Of a stretch of DNA of 60,818 nucleotides, positions 30,342 to 38,590 are shown piece after piece. Source of the stretch: a virus (taxonomy: Duplodnaviria > Caudoviricetes); IMG/VR virus record IMGVR_UViG_3300033153_010441, positions 1-60,818 of that record. The stretch is one strand, 5' to 3'. Each line of letters opens with the position of its first letter. Position 1 is the first letter of the stretch. A program made the position numbers and the translations under genes. The notes under the pieces are model-generated. The model was not told the origin of the DNA. It did no database searches and worked only from the letters and a program-made list of their open reading frames with translations.

Positions 30342-30910
30342 TCTTCGTCCAATTCCTCTTCCCACTCATCACCCATGGTTAAAGCAGCTCGTCGCTTTTG
30401 CTCTATTGCCATGGCTTCACGTTGTGCCTTAATTTGATCCACGCTATCGGACTGCTTGGGAACCTCAATATTAATAACGACGGGTTTTTCATCCGTGGTC
30501 TTCAATTCCATTGCCTTGAGGCGTGGGAAACAATAATCCAGTAAACCTGTTGCAATACGGGTTTGCAGCCGTAGGCGTTTATCCAGATCCTGGATACCCT
30601 CTGCTTTCTGGTATATCTCGATAATTTCCTTGACCACATTGAATTTATGTGTCTTTTCAAGCCGCTCAAGGAGTAGACCGGCTCGCTTCATTGTCACCAT
30701 GCCTTTCTTGTAAGGTTCGTGTTTTCGTGCTGTATTAGCACGGTCACGGGCGATCCAATCTTCCCGTTGCTGGATACGCTGGCCTAATTGTTTCACTTCG
30801 GCCTTTTGTCGACGGATAAACTTATTTCTGAGATTGACCTTCTTGATATGAGCGACGCGCTTCGCGTTGCGTTCCCGACGCCACCGTTCGCGTAATGTTA
30901 TTCCACCCAT
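30338..30910 (-). CDS. Probable terminase small subunit
   Basis: LLDYCFPRLKAMEL motif; basic helical protein at head of packaging operon. Confidence 0.55.
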   Translation of the reverse strand: MGGITLRERWRRERNAKRVAHIKKVNLRNKFIRRQKAEVKQLGQRIQQREDWIARDRANTARKHEPYKKGMVTMKRAGLLLERLEKTHKFNVVKEIIEIYQKAEGIQDLDKRLRLQTRIATGLLDYCFPRLKAMELKTTDEKPVVINIEVPKQSDSVDQIKAQREAMAIEQKRRAALTMGDEWEEELDEE

Positions 30911-30931
30911 GAACCTTTCCAGCGGAGAGAG

Positions 30932-31336
30932 TTATCGCTTACTTTTTAACCTCCTGTATTTTTCCTGCTCGTGAAATGAGAGGGAAAGACTCCGGCCCGG
31001 AATGGCCGGGGCTGGAACGTAAAAGCAAGATTGTGTATCCAGATCCACCAACACGAAGTAATCGATGGTTCCGGGAGCGTAGTGACACCCCCCACCCATC
31101 GACACCTTCTTGTGGCGTGTGTCTATTACCAACCGCCCCGTGGAGGGGGTCCTGCTGGCGGTTTTAATTTGCAGTCGTTTGAAACAACCCGGACTTATTT
31201 CAACCAAAAGGTCGGCGATGCTGGCTGCGCTGAGGGGAAGATAAATATTGTACCCCTGATTCAGCAGATCAAAAATAACAAGCGATTCGGAAAGGTCACC
31301 GCATTGGTGAGAATTACTTGGTCGCCGCACCACCAC
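30932..31336 (-). CDS. PD-(D/E)XK homing-type endonuclease
   Basis: GDLSE...GYNIYLP...DLLVE...LQIKT...IDYF. Confidence 0.8.
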   Translation of the reverse strand: MVVRRPSNSHQCGDLSESLVIFDLLNQGYNIYLPLSAASIADLLVEISPGCFKRLQIKTASRTPSTGRLVIDTRHKKVSMGGGCHYAPGTIDYFVLVDLDTQSCFYVPAPAIPGRSLSLSFHEQEKYRRLKSKR

Positions 31337-31583
31337 TACGGCGGCGGGCTTGTCTCTTAACCTGCACGACGGTCAAGAGATAATCCAACGAATCATACGA
31401 CAGGGCGTACTTCTCCCGCAAGGTCCGGGGGTCGGTGATCCTCCCCGCGACTACATCCTGGTAGAAGCGGGGCCAAATTTTTGCAAAGCGACTAAACTCA
31501 AAATCATCAATTTCATCCCAGGGGGATGAAGTTACCTGTGACGAAGGCCACAGGTCAAAATCGTCGTAAATGTCTGTAATCAC
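31314..31583 (-). CDS. Hypothetical protein, first gene of leftward operon
   Basis: GGAGG upstream of GTG start, just downstream of consensus promoter. Confidence 0.65.
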   Translation of the reverse strand: MITDIYDDFDLWPSSQVTSSPWDEIDDFEFSRFAKIWPRFYQDVVAGRITDPRTLREKYALSYDSLDYLLTVVQVKRQARRRSGGAATK

Positions 31584-31619
31584 TCAACTCGTTCCTCCAA
31601 CAACTCTAATTTTACCCCA

Positions 31620-31648
31620 ATTATACCACGGTTCTGGTATTGTGTCAA
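31620..31648 (-). promoter_or_regulatory. Perfect-consensus sigma70 promoter for leftward packaging/virion operon
   Basis: Minus strand TTGACA-17 bp-TATAAT with extended -10 TG and A-tract upstream. Confidence 0.85.
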
Positions 31649-31811
31649 GCATTTTTTTAAAAAAACCCACCCAGCATAGGTCCAGGTATTGATGCTGGGT
31701 GGGGGATGTTTTTTGTAAAATCATGATGCTGGGAAGGCAAGAGCCAGCACACACCCAGGTGTGCTGATCTTGCTGTTCGCAGTTAATTATTTTTATTTTA
31801 CTGATGATAAT

Positions 31812-32255
31812 ACCTACACCCCTTTAAGGGGTGTAGGTTATTTTAAAAATGCTGGATATAGATTAATACCAATACCCCCCAAGGGGTATTGGTTAATTAT
31901 TATATTATATTATTTATTATTAATACCAATATCCCTTTAGAGGGATATTGGTTAATTAATTTTATTATATTATTAATTATTAATACTGGACATAGATTAA
32001 TTAATTATTACTCCACCACTTTGGGGTGGTGGAGTAAATTAATTTAATTAATATTAGTATACTATAATATTATTAATACCAATACCCCCCCTTAAAGGGG
32101 TATTGGTTAATTATTATATTATATTAATAATTAACCAACCCCTTAAAGGGGTTGGTATTAAATGATACTATTAATAATCTAATTAATAAGTAAAATAATT
32201 ATTTTTAACATAAGAATTATTATTAATAATAATTATCCCCCCCCCCTCCGGGGGG
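31812..32255. repeat. Array of 6-7 related palindromes in extremely AT-rich DNA
   Basis: ACCAATACCCC/GGGGTATTGGT-type stems at 31812-31838, 31868-31893, 31925-31952, 32008-32037, 32078-32107, 32134-32156, plus C10..G6 at 32237-32255. Confidence 0.9.
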
Positions 32256-32774
32256 TTTATTTAATCGAGCGGCGGTATTCCCGCCCCTCGCCGCCGCGAC
32301 GCGGCTTTTAAAAATACAAAGCGTAACGCTTTGGTTCCAGAATTAAATTTTGTGACCCATACCACCATATAGGGTAGGGGGAGTTATTTTAAAAACCAAA
32401 GCATTAGAGCTTGATTCTGGACATTAATGACGGTAGGAAGTTGTGTGTGCGGGGTACCCTATGTAGTTTTGGCTGGGTCCCTCCGCGATAAGGACCGTGG
32501 CACCCCGGCACCAAGCCCCCCCCAGGGGGTGGCGGTGCCTGAATACTTAAAGACACCCTGCCCTCCTCGCCAGCGAGCGAGGCTAAACGCCCACTTGATC
32601 CAGCAGGATACTTCAGTACAAAGATGCTACATTGTAGTATTATGTAGTGATACCAGAGTGTTAAGGATTAGATTAGTGTTGTGTTGGTTACAACAGGCTT
32701 ATCTATCCCACAAGTCTTGATCGTCACCTGGGCGTGAAGGTCCATCCAGCATCCTGTCTGCAACAAGATTAATG

Positions 32775-32843
32775 TATAGACAATGTTAATATAAAGTATC
32801 GATACTATCTATTCAATCTATAGATAATGTTGATATAAAGTAT
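32775..32843. repeat. 25-bp imperfect direct repeat
   Basis: TATAGACAATGTTAATATAAAGTAT (32775-32799) and TATAGATAATGTTGATATAAAGTAT (32819-32843). Confidence 0.8.
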
Positions 32844-33117
32844 ATACAATGTATATACATTGGAAACACCTACACCCCTCAAAATCAATCCCTACCTAAG
32901 TCTTTAGAATTATTTTAATTTCACATCAAATCTTCCCCAAGATATTTTGCTGATACAGTCTCACACAACATCCTTAATGATAATAATTACTTTTAACATT
33001 TTAGTGCATGCCACCTGCACTATGTGCTGGTACTGTGCTGGATAATTTTTTTCCTTTATTTTTTCGGAGACTTATTGATTTTTTTATGCTCAGGAGGGAT
33101 TTTTTTAAAAAAACCTC

Positions 33118-33178
33118 TTGACATGGCTTAACCGGGCTTGCTATAACACGACCCAACGCTGGCGTTGTTCTTTGACAA
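33118..33178 (+). promoter_or_regulatory. Rightward early promoter followed by boxA-like element
   Basis: TTGACA-18 bp-TATAAC with TGn; TGTTCTTTGACAA at 33166-33178 resembles boxA. Confidence 0.65.
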
Positions 33179-33179
33179 A

Positions 33180-33564
33180 CAGGTGGTAGTGCTGAACAGC
33201 CGACTGGAGCTGAACTGATCAAACCAGACACCCCAGACAAGCTGGGATGCTTGGGGCGACGATGGTCGGGGACATCTCATTGCGATTTGCTCCCTGGCGC
33301 AAGGGGAAGGTTGGCTCAGTAGGGACTACTATCTCATAGAAGAAAGGCGGGACGCCGCGCAAGCTTACGACCAGCAGATTACCTGGGACCGGACGGCGCG
33401 GCATCATCCTGCTCAAGTGTCATTGCTGCCATCAGCAATTGCTGGTGGTGCTGGTCGGTTTAAGCCTGGCGGTCAGTGCCGACGGAAAGCATGATGCGCC
33501 CTTTTGCTGTTGTTGCTTTGTCACAGGTCATCCCGATGAGGGTGACCTGGAGCAAACCAGCAAC
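33180..33564 (+). ncRNA. Putative long structured leader / ncRNA
   Basis: GC-rich, no credible ORF, many complementary segments (see findings). Confidence 0.45.
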
Positions 33565-33594
33565 CTTTTAACCTCACTAAAAGGGGGTTATGAA

Positions 33595-34095
33595 ATGAGA
33601 AAAGACACACTCAAGAAAATGTTGGAAAGCGGTCAGCTCGCCTCAATGATAGCTGAGGCGGCAACAGGTGAACAGTTAGCTACTCCAGACGCGCTGTGGA
33701 ATTATCTCAAACCGTATTTCGCTGGTCAGGGTGATAATACGGTTGAACGGTTTGTTTGCGTTTTTCTTAACGCAAAAAATCGCGTTATTGCAATCGAAAC
33801 AGTGGCAACTGGTACAATTACGGGTGCCGCTGTATATCCTCGTGAGATTTTGAAACAGGCCTTTGCCATTGGCGCATCGGCTGTGATTTTTGCCCATAAT
33901 CACCCGTCAGGGGATACCAAACCTTCCATTGCTGACAGGGCACTTACGAAAAAACTTGTTTTTGCTTGCAAGTCTGTTGATATAACAGTTTTTGATCATA
34001 TGATCCTCGGCGGAAACAAGTATTTTTCTTTTGCAAACGATGGATTGATAGCACATTTTAACACCGCCTTTAATTCCTTCATGGAGGGGGACTAA
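33595..34095 (+). CDS. RadC-like JAB domain protein
   Basis: ERFVCVFLNAKNRVI, VYPREI, AHNHPSGDTKPSIAD, FDHMI; start at ATG 33595 after GGGGG. Confidence 0.9.
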   Translation: MRKDTLKKMLESGQLASMIAEAATGEQLATPDALWNYLKPYFAGQGDNTVERFVCVFLNAKNRVIAIETVATGTITGAAVYPREILKQAFAIGASAVIFAHNHPSGDTKPSIADRALTKKLVFACKSVDITVFDHMILGGNKYFSFANDGLIAHFNTAFNSFMEGD

Positions 34096-34271
34096 TGCGT
34101 TGGGAAGATAGAGTTTTTGAAAAAAGAGGAACGGATGTTCGAGTTTGCTTGGGTACTATTGGCGCTACCAGCGAAGGCACCTGGACGGTGTTGTGCTGTA
34201 AGAATGAAAAAGCAGCAGAAATGCTGCTTGAACAACTTAAGCAGGCTGTAACTGATATTTACACATTCTAA
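34095..34271 (+). CDS. Hypothetical protein, 58 aa (not in ORF track)
   Basis: TAATG overlap with upstream gene and GGAGG; MRWEDRVFEKRGTDVRVCLG... Confidence 0.6.
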   Translation: MRWEDRVFEKRGTDVRVCLGTIGATSEGTWTVLCCKNEKAAEMLLEQLKQAVTDIYTF

Positions 34272-34295
34272 AACAAAAAAAAGGGGGGGGGGGGA

Positions 34296-34694
34296 ATGAC
34301 TAAGAAGAGATTTATCATCATAAACGAGCAGCATTCGCTGCTCCCGGATCAGGAACGCGCCCTGGGCGAACATTGGTCCAGTGGGTATGAAACAGAAATA
34401 ATCAAGGTCCCGCCAGAAGGCTGGACTTATGAAAAAATGATTAAAATTGCCGGGAAAATATCATCCGGCGCAAACGACAAGAAAATCGACTCGCCGCCCT
34501 GGCCTGACGTGGTGGTGATTTTTGTCTCACCCGTACCAGCGCTCATGCTGCTGCTGGCCCGGCTACATAGGTATCTGTCCCTTGAGGCGTTGACATTCCA
34601 CAATGACAAAAGAGTCGCCAAAGAGGTGCCCGACGGTAAGGGTGGGGTAAAACTCATCCATACGGTTGCACCGGATGGATGGATGATAGTATAA
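34296..34694 (+). CDS. Small Rossmann-like early protein
   Basis: IIINEQHSLLPDQ...VIFVSPVPALM...FHNDKR; preceded by G12. Confidence 0.65.
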   Translation: MTKKRFIIINEQHSLLPDQERALGEHWSSGYETEIIKVPPEGWTYEKMIKIAGKISSGANDKKIDSPPWPDVVVIFVSPVPALMLLLARLHRYLSLEALTFHNDKRVAKEVPDGKGGVKLIHTVAPDGWMIV

Positions 34695-34699
34695 TCTGT

Positions 34700-34975
34700 T
34701 TTGGACGTCCGTTGCTACGGACGGGCGGCGTCCGCCTAAAACGTAGCACTTCCGGCAAAGGCAGGTTCAAATCTTGCCAGTGGTGGACCAGCGATCCCAT
34801 AGCCGATGATGGGACGATGGCAAGCCGGATAAAGCCTGCCCAGGCAATAAACGGGCTGACGCCGATAAATCGGCTACCGGCGGACAAAGGTCAACCCGCC
34901 GGGAAAACGAGTCCGCCGAATCGGAAAGGCGCCGGTTACAAACCGGAAAGCGGGAGTCGGAGCCCGCCGGATTCA
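34700..34975 (+). ncRNA. Cluster of hairpins including T-loop hairpin and tRNA-like cloverleaf
   Basis: GGCAGG TTCAAAT CTTGCC; cloverleaf 34909-34975. Confidence 0.55.
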
Positions 34976-35065
34976 CAGCACAACACAACACGAAACCCAT
35001 CTGAAATAGTGGGTTTTGTGTGATAATGTCAACAAACTAACAATAAAAAGAGGGGGGGGGCAATT

Positions 35066-35383
35066 ATGAAATACACCTACCGTACCACCACTGTTGATTT
35101 GGTTGACACCGGCGATGGCTCGATCCTCGACGGTGCTTGGTTGGCTGGGGAATGCCGGGGTGTACGCCTTGGCATTTACATTAATGCTAATGATGGATTG
35201 TGGACTGGTTACCGACTGAGCGACCATATTGCCTGGACCATCGACGATGATCTAAAGGCTGCCGGGATTAAACCTGACAGTAAACGAGCAACTGAATTGC
35301 TCAAATCTTGGGTTGCTGCCACCAAGGCCCTTTGGCCGAAAATCGTCAGGGACCAATTGAAAGGGGAAAATCATATCAGATGA
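35066..35383 (+). CDS. Hypothetical early protein
   Basis: ORF after AG-A-G9 ribosome-binding tract. Confidence 0.65.
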   Translation: MKYTYRTTTVDLVDTGDGSILDGAWLAGECRGVRLGIYINANDGLWTGYRLSDHIAWTIDDDLKAAGIKPDSKRATELLKSWVAATKALWPKIVRDQLKGENHIR

Positions 35384-35575
35384 GTCTTGTTGATGATGTG
35401 TGCGAAACACTCCTTGAGTGGCTACTATTGATTGATGTAGCCACTCTTTTTTTCATCCAATAGCTGCCATCTGGCACACATTTTGACTTATGTCAAAGTG
35501 AGTTGAGGCTTTATCCAACCTATCAGTTTTACTGGTGGGTTGACGTAAATCTTCAACTAAAACTTCAACAATAAA

Positions 35576-35803
35576 ATGGGGGTCGCTATGAGATTAAAAC
35601 GTGGCATTTCCACCATTCCGGCTGGAGAAAATTTTGTCCATGTTTTAGCAACATTTCGCCTTGTTCAAGGCAAATATTCAATGACTGATACTATCCCATT
35701 AACAGTTTATTCAGATTTATCTGATTTGAATCAAGCAATAAATGCAAAGGTGGAAGTTTTACAAAAACGTTATGATGAAGTTTGTTTTTCCGGGTTACTC
35801 TAA
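35576..35803 (+). CDS. Hypothetical early protein
   Basis: Co-oriented ORF with GGGGG RBS before second ATG. Confidence 0.55.
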   Translation: MGVAMRLKRGISTIPAGENFVHVLATFRLVQGKYSMTDTIPLTVYSDLSDLNQAINAKVEVLQKRYDEVCFSGLL

Positions 35804-35820
35804 CAAAAAGGGGGAATACC

Positions 35821-36135
35821 ATGAGAGCAAAAAGGCAAATAGTTACTCCGGTAGTCCAAAACATGGTTTGTGAGCCATTTTCGGCCCTTGCCTATGATGA
35901 TTGGGCCTACCACCAGAATGTACTTGGTGAAAAAAGCCCCCGTGAGGGACGCTGGACAGTTACTCACATTCCCTCTGGTCGGGCTGTTCGACATTTTTCA
36001 AGCAAAGAAAAGGCCAAACAACTTGCCAAACAATTGGGATTACAGATGACAGAAAAATGGGACGGCAAAGGAATAGCCCCAGTTAAATTTATCAGCGATG
36101 CCCAGGATATTTGTCAATCCAGCGAGGAGATGTAA
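35821..36135 (+). CDS. Hypothetical early protein
   Basis: ATG 35821 after AAGGGGG; WTVTHIPSG motif common in small phage proteins. Confidence 0.65.
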   Translation: MRAKRQIVTPVVQNMVCEPFSALAYDDWAYHQNVLGEKSPREGRWTVTHIPSGRAVRHFSSKEKAKQLAKQLGLQMTEKWDGKGIAPVKFISDAQDICQSSEEM

Positions 36136-36288
36136 TGGTAACTTATTATAATAAGAAAATGGATTTTGATGTTACCAGAACCTCTTTTAAAACCAATTAC
36201 AGTTTTATTCGTCGGGTTGCAGTCCCAGGCCAACCTGGGAAGAAAAAGACAACCATAATTCAGGTTACAAGAAAAAGGAAATGTAACA

Positions 36289-36582
36289 ATGAATAGTGCA
36301 TTAAAATTTGTTGCATCCAAGGTCTACAATCTACCTGAGGATCAGGTAACAAATGAAATGCTTCGTAAGGTGGAAGAGGCAGCCCACTCGGCTGCCCGTA
36401 GCTTGGAGTTGCGTGATCAACTGGCAGCCCTTAAGCGCCAAATAAGTGCCCAAGAAAAGCGCGTTTTCAATGCACAAACACGTGAAGCACGGGCTTCAGC
36501 TCGGCACTACCTCCGGGCACTATGCGTCGAAGCTGCACGTCTTGAGCATGGAATAACGGCCCTGGATAATTTAAGGGAATAA
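36289..36582 (+). CDS. Hypothetical coiled-coil early protein
   Basis: AAGGA RBS, helical sequence. Confidence 0.6.
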   Translation: MNSALKFVASKVYNLPEDQVTNEMLRKVEEAAHSAARSLELRDQLAALKRQISAQEKRVFNAQTREARASARHYLRALCVEAARLEHGITALDNLRE

Positions 36583-36689
36583 AATTATGATACAATTTTT
36601 GAAAGATATTTTACTTGTTTCTTGGAGTATTATCATAATTTATGCAATCACTATTTTAGCCTTTTTATTCTAATAAAGGAGGTAATACT

Positions 36690-37004
36690 TTGATTCAAGA
36701 GATATTGTGTAAGCCATTTTATACGCATGATTCTTGTGCTAATTGCCAATTTATGGGACATGCTTTTTATCAAAGTGAAACTAAATTTCCGGCTGATTTA
36801 TACTGGTGTATTGACACTATTATTATTCGTTTCGGAAATAATCCATGGGATTATGTTTCTGCACATTTAAGCACAGCCCTCAAATTAGCGCTCTCTGACG
36901 TCTTTATCGGTGTTAATATGTGGAGGTATGCAATAAGTAAATTAATAAAAAAGGGTGTGCTTACTCACGAAAAACTTGGTATTGCAATACAAGGATGCTT
37001 ATAA
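36690..37004 (+). CDS. Hypothetical protein (HDSCANC motif)
   Basis: AAGGAGGT RBS before TTG; YTHDSCANCQFMG...DLYWC. Confidence 0.65.
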   Translation: MIQEILCKPFYTHDSCANCQFMGHAFYQSETKFPADLYWCIDTIIIRFGNNPWDYVSAHLSTALKLALSDVFIGVNMWRYAISKLIKKGVLTHEKLGIAIQGCL

Positions 37005-37157
37005 AAATGGTTATAACTTTTCAACCAATTTGGTATTCTTGTAATGGAACCATTCCATTATTTGATCCATTTCATGATGAAAAATATTTCAGAATAGTCG
37101 AATATCTTTTTATACAATTCTTCTAAGAATAAAAAAACAAGGGGGGGGGGTGATAAC

Positions 37158-37622
37158 ATAATAAAGTTACCTCAACCAGTCCTTGAGCGGCTGGATAAAA
37201 TTTGGCGTCTTTATAAAAGAGGCGCAACGGAAGGTGAACGCGCCGCCGCCAAGGGGCGCATCAAGGCCATTCTTAATCAACATGAAATTACGTGGAATGA
37301 TTATCTGACCCACCGGCAACAAAAATCTTCCCAAAGCAGTACTGCGGTTGAATATCAGAAATTCCGTTTCCAGTACAGTAATAGGCACGAGAAAGACATT
37401 CTTGTCGATTTTCTCGGGTCTTATTTTGGCGGTCGGTTTATGGCCATGTCCAAAGGTCGCCATCGTTGGATGGATGTTTGGTTGCCACGGACAGACGGTA
37501 CAGCGCTATCCGACCGATGGGCCGCTCTGCGCCGTAGATATAAATTGCAAGTTGAGTCTGAAATAAAAGAAATTGCTCGCAATTTTCGAATCACGGCACG
37601 TCGGGAAGGTCAAAGCATCTAA
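37158..37622 (+). CDS. DUF2786-like protein with apparent ATA start
   Basis: Frame open 94 codons upstream of ATG 37440; LDKIWRLYKRGATEGERAAAKGRIKAILNQHEI; G10 tract 7 nt before ATA. Confidence 0.6.
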   Translation: MIKLPQPVLERLDKIWRLYKRGATEGERAAAKGRIKAILNQHEITWNDYLTHRQQKSSQSSTAVEYQKFRFQYSNRHEKDILVDFLGSYFGGRFMAMSKGRHRWMDVWLPRTDGTALSDRWAALRRRYKLQVESEIKEIARNFRITARREGQSI

Positions 37623-37634
37623 AAGGAGAAAACA

Positions 37635-38585
37635 ATGATTGATCAATTCGAAGGCGAAAAAAACATTGGCTTTGTGGACATTCCTGATGAATTGCAGCGT
37701 GATCCGATTGCTGCAATGGAGTTTGCCAAGTGCCCCAAACAATATGACTTGGTCCCTTTGATGATGACTGGATCAGGTCGTGCTGTGCCTGATCAAATGG
37801 CTGTTGTTGATCACGATGGTCATTATTTGGGTGTCGTTGGCCGAGGCACAACGATCTTGCAGCCTGATGTCCTTGCAGGTATGGCCAAGGAATTGATCGA
37901 TCATTCTGCAGCCCGGCTGGAAAAAATTATTAAACTCCACGATGGAGCTACAATCGGGTTGACTTTCCATCTGCATACCATTGAGCCAATCCCAGGTGAT
38001 GCCACTCATATGAATTTTCTGTTGCTCAACAACGCAACAAACCGTCTCGCATTGCAGGGGCGGTCCATGGGCCATAGGGTTTTTTGTTCGAACCAGATTG
38101 CTACCAGCACTAAACTATTTAGTCTAAAGCACACAAAGTTTGTCTCAGATCGTGTTAAAACAGCTCTGCTGATGCTCAAGTATTACGACCGTGAAGTACA
38201 GACGTTTCAAACCAATTTGCGTAAATTGGTGGCGTTTCGTCATGGCACAGTCAAGAACCAGCTGGAGTGGTTTGAGCGGACACTATTACCGGAGCCTCGT
38301 GAAGATGATACTCCGCTGACCCTGGCCCGTCGAAATAATATCCTGACAATCTTCGTTGAGCTGTTGGAAAATGGTCAGGGGGTTGAGTATCTCGGATCTG
38401 CTCGTGGGACTGGTTGGCATACCCTCAATGCGCTGACTGAGTATGTTAATCATCATCGTACCACCAGGGTTACCCAGGGACGTTCCGAAGCGGACGTCCG
38501 GTGGCAATCAGTGACGCTGGGGACTGGTGATAAACTCATGCAGCGTGGCTTTAAGTCCCTGCTGCAGTTGGCCCAGGCGGCATAA
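37635..38585 (+). CDS. DUF932-family protein
   Basis: LGVVG...ILQP, RVFCSNQ, LKHT, RGTGWHTLNALTEYVNHHR. Confidence 0.85.
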   Translation: MIDQFEGEKNIGFVDIPDELQRDPIAAMEFAKCPKQYDLVPLMMTGSGRAVPDQMAVVDHDGHYLGVVGRGTTILQPDVLAGMAKELIDHSAARLEKIIKLHDGATIGLTFHLHTIEPIPGDATHMNFLLLNNATNRLALQGRSMGHRVFCSNQIATSTKLFSLKHTKFVSDRVKTALLMLKYYDREVQTFQTNLRKLVAFRHGTVKNQLEWFERTLLPEPREDDTPLTLARRNNILTIFVELLENGQGVEYLGSARGTGWHTLNALTEYVNHHRTTRVTQGRSEADVRWQSVTLGTGDKLMQRGFKSLLQLAQAA

Positions 38586-38590
38586 TAATT

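Noticed and set aside
31812-32160. Protelomerase (hairpin telomere) target site
   Set aside because: No protelomerase gene seen; element has an integrase and att sites; palindromes are short and multiple
31812-32255. CRISPR array
   Set aside because: Repeats vary in sequence and orientation, spacers are low-complexity A/T, and no cas genes are present
34745-34790. Canonical tRNA ending ...GGACCA after the T-loop hairpin
   Set aside because: No convincing acceptor pairing or anticodon arm; reported only as part of a structured cluster
34930-34947. Twister ribozyme P4-like CCGGTTACAAACCGG
   Set aside because: Lacks the AAGCC loop and pseudoknot partners expected for twister
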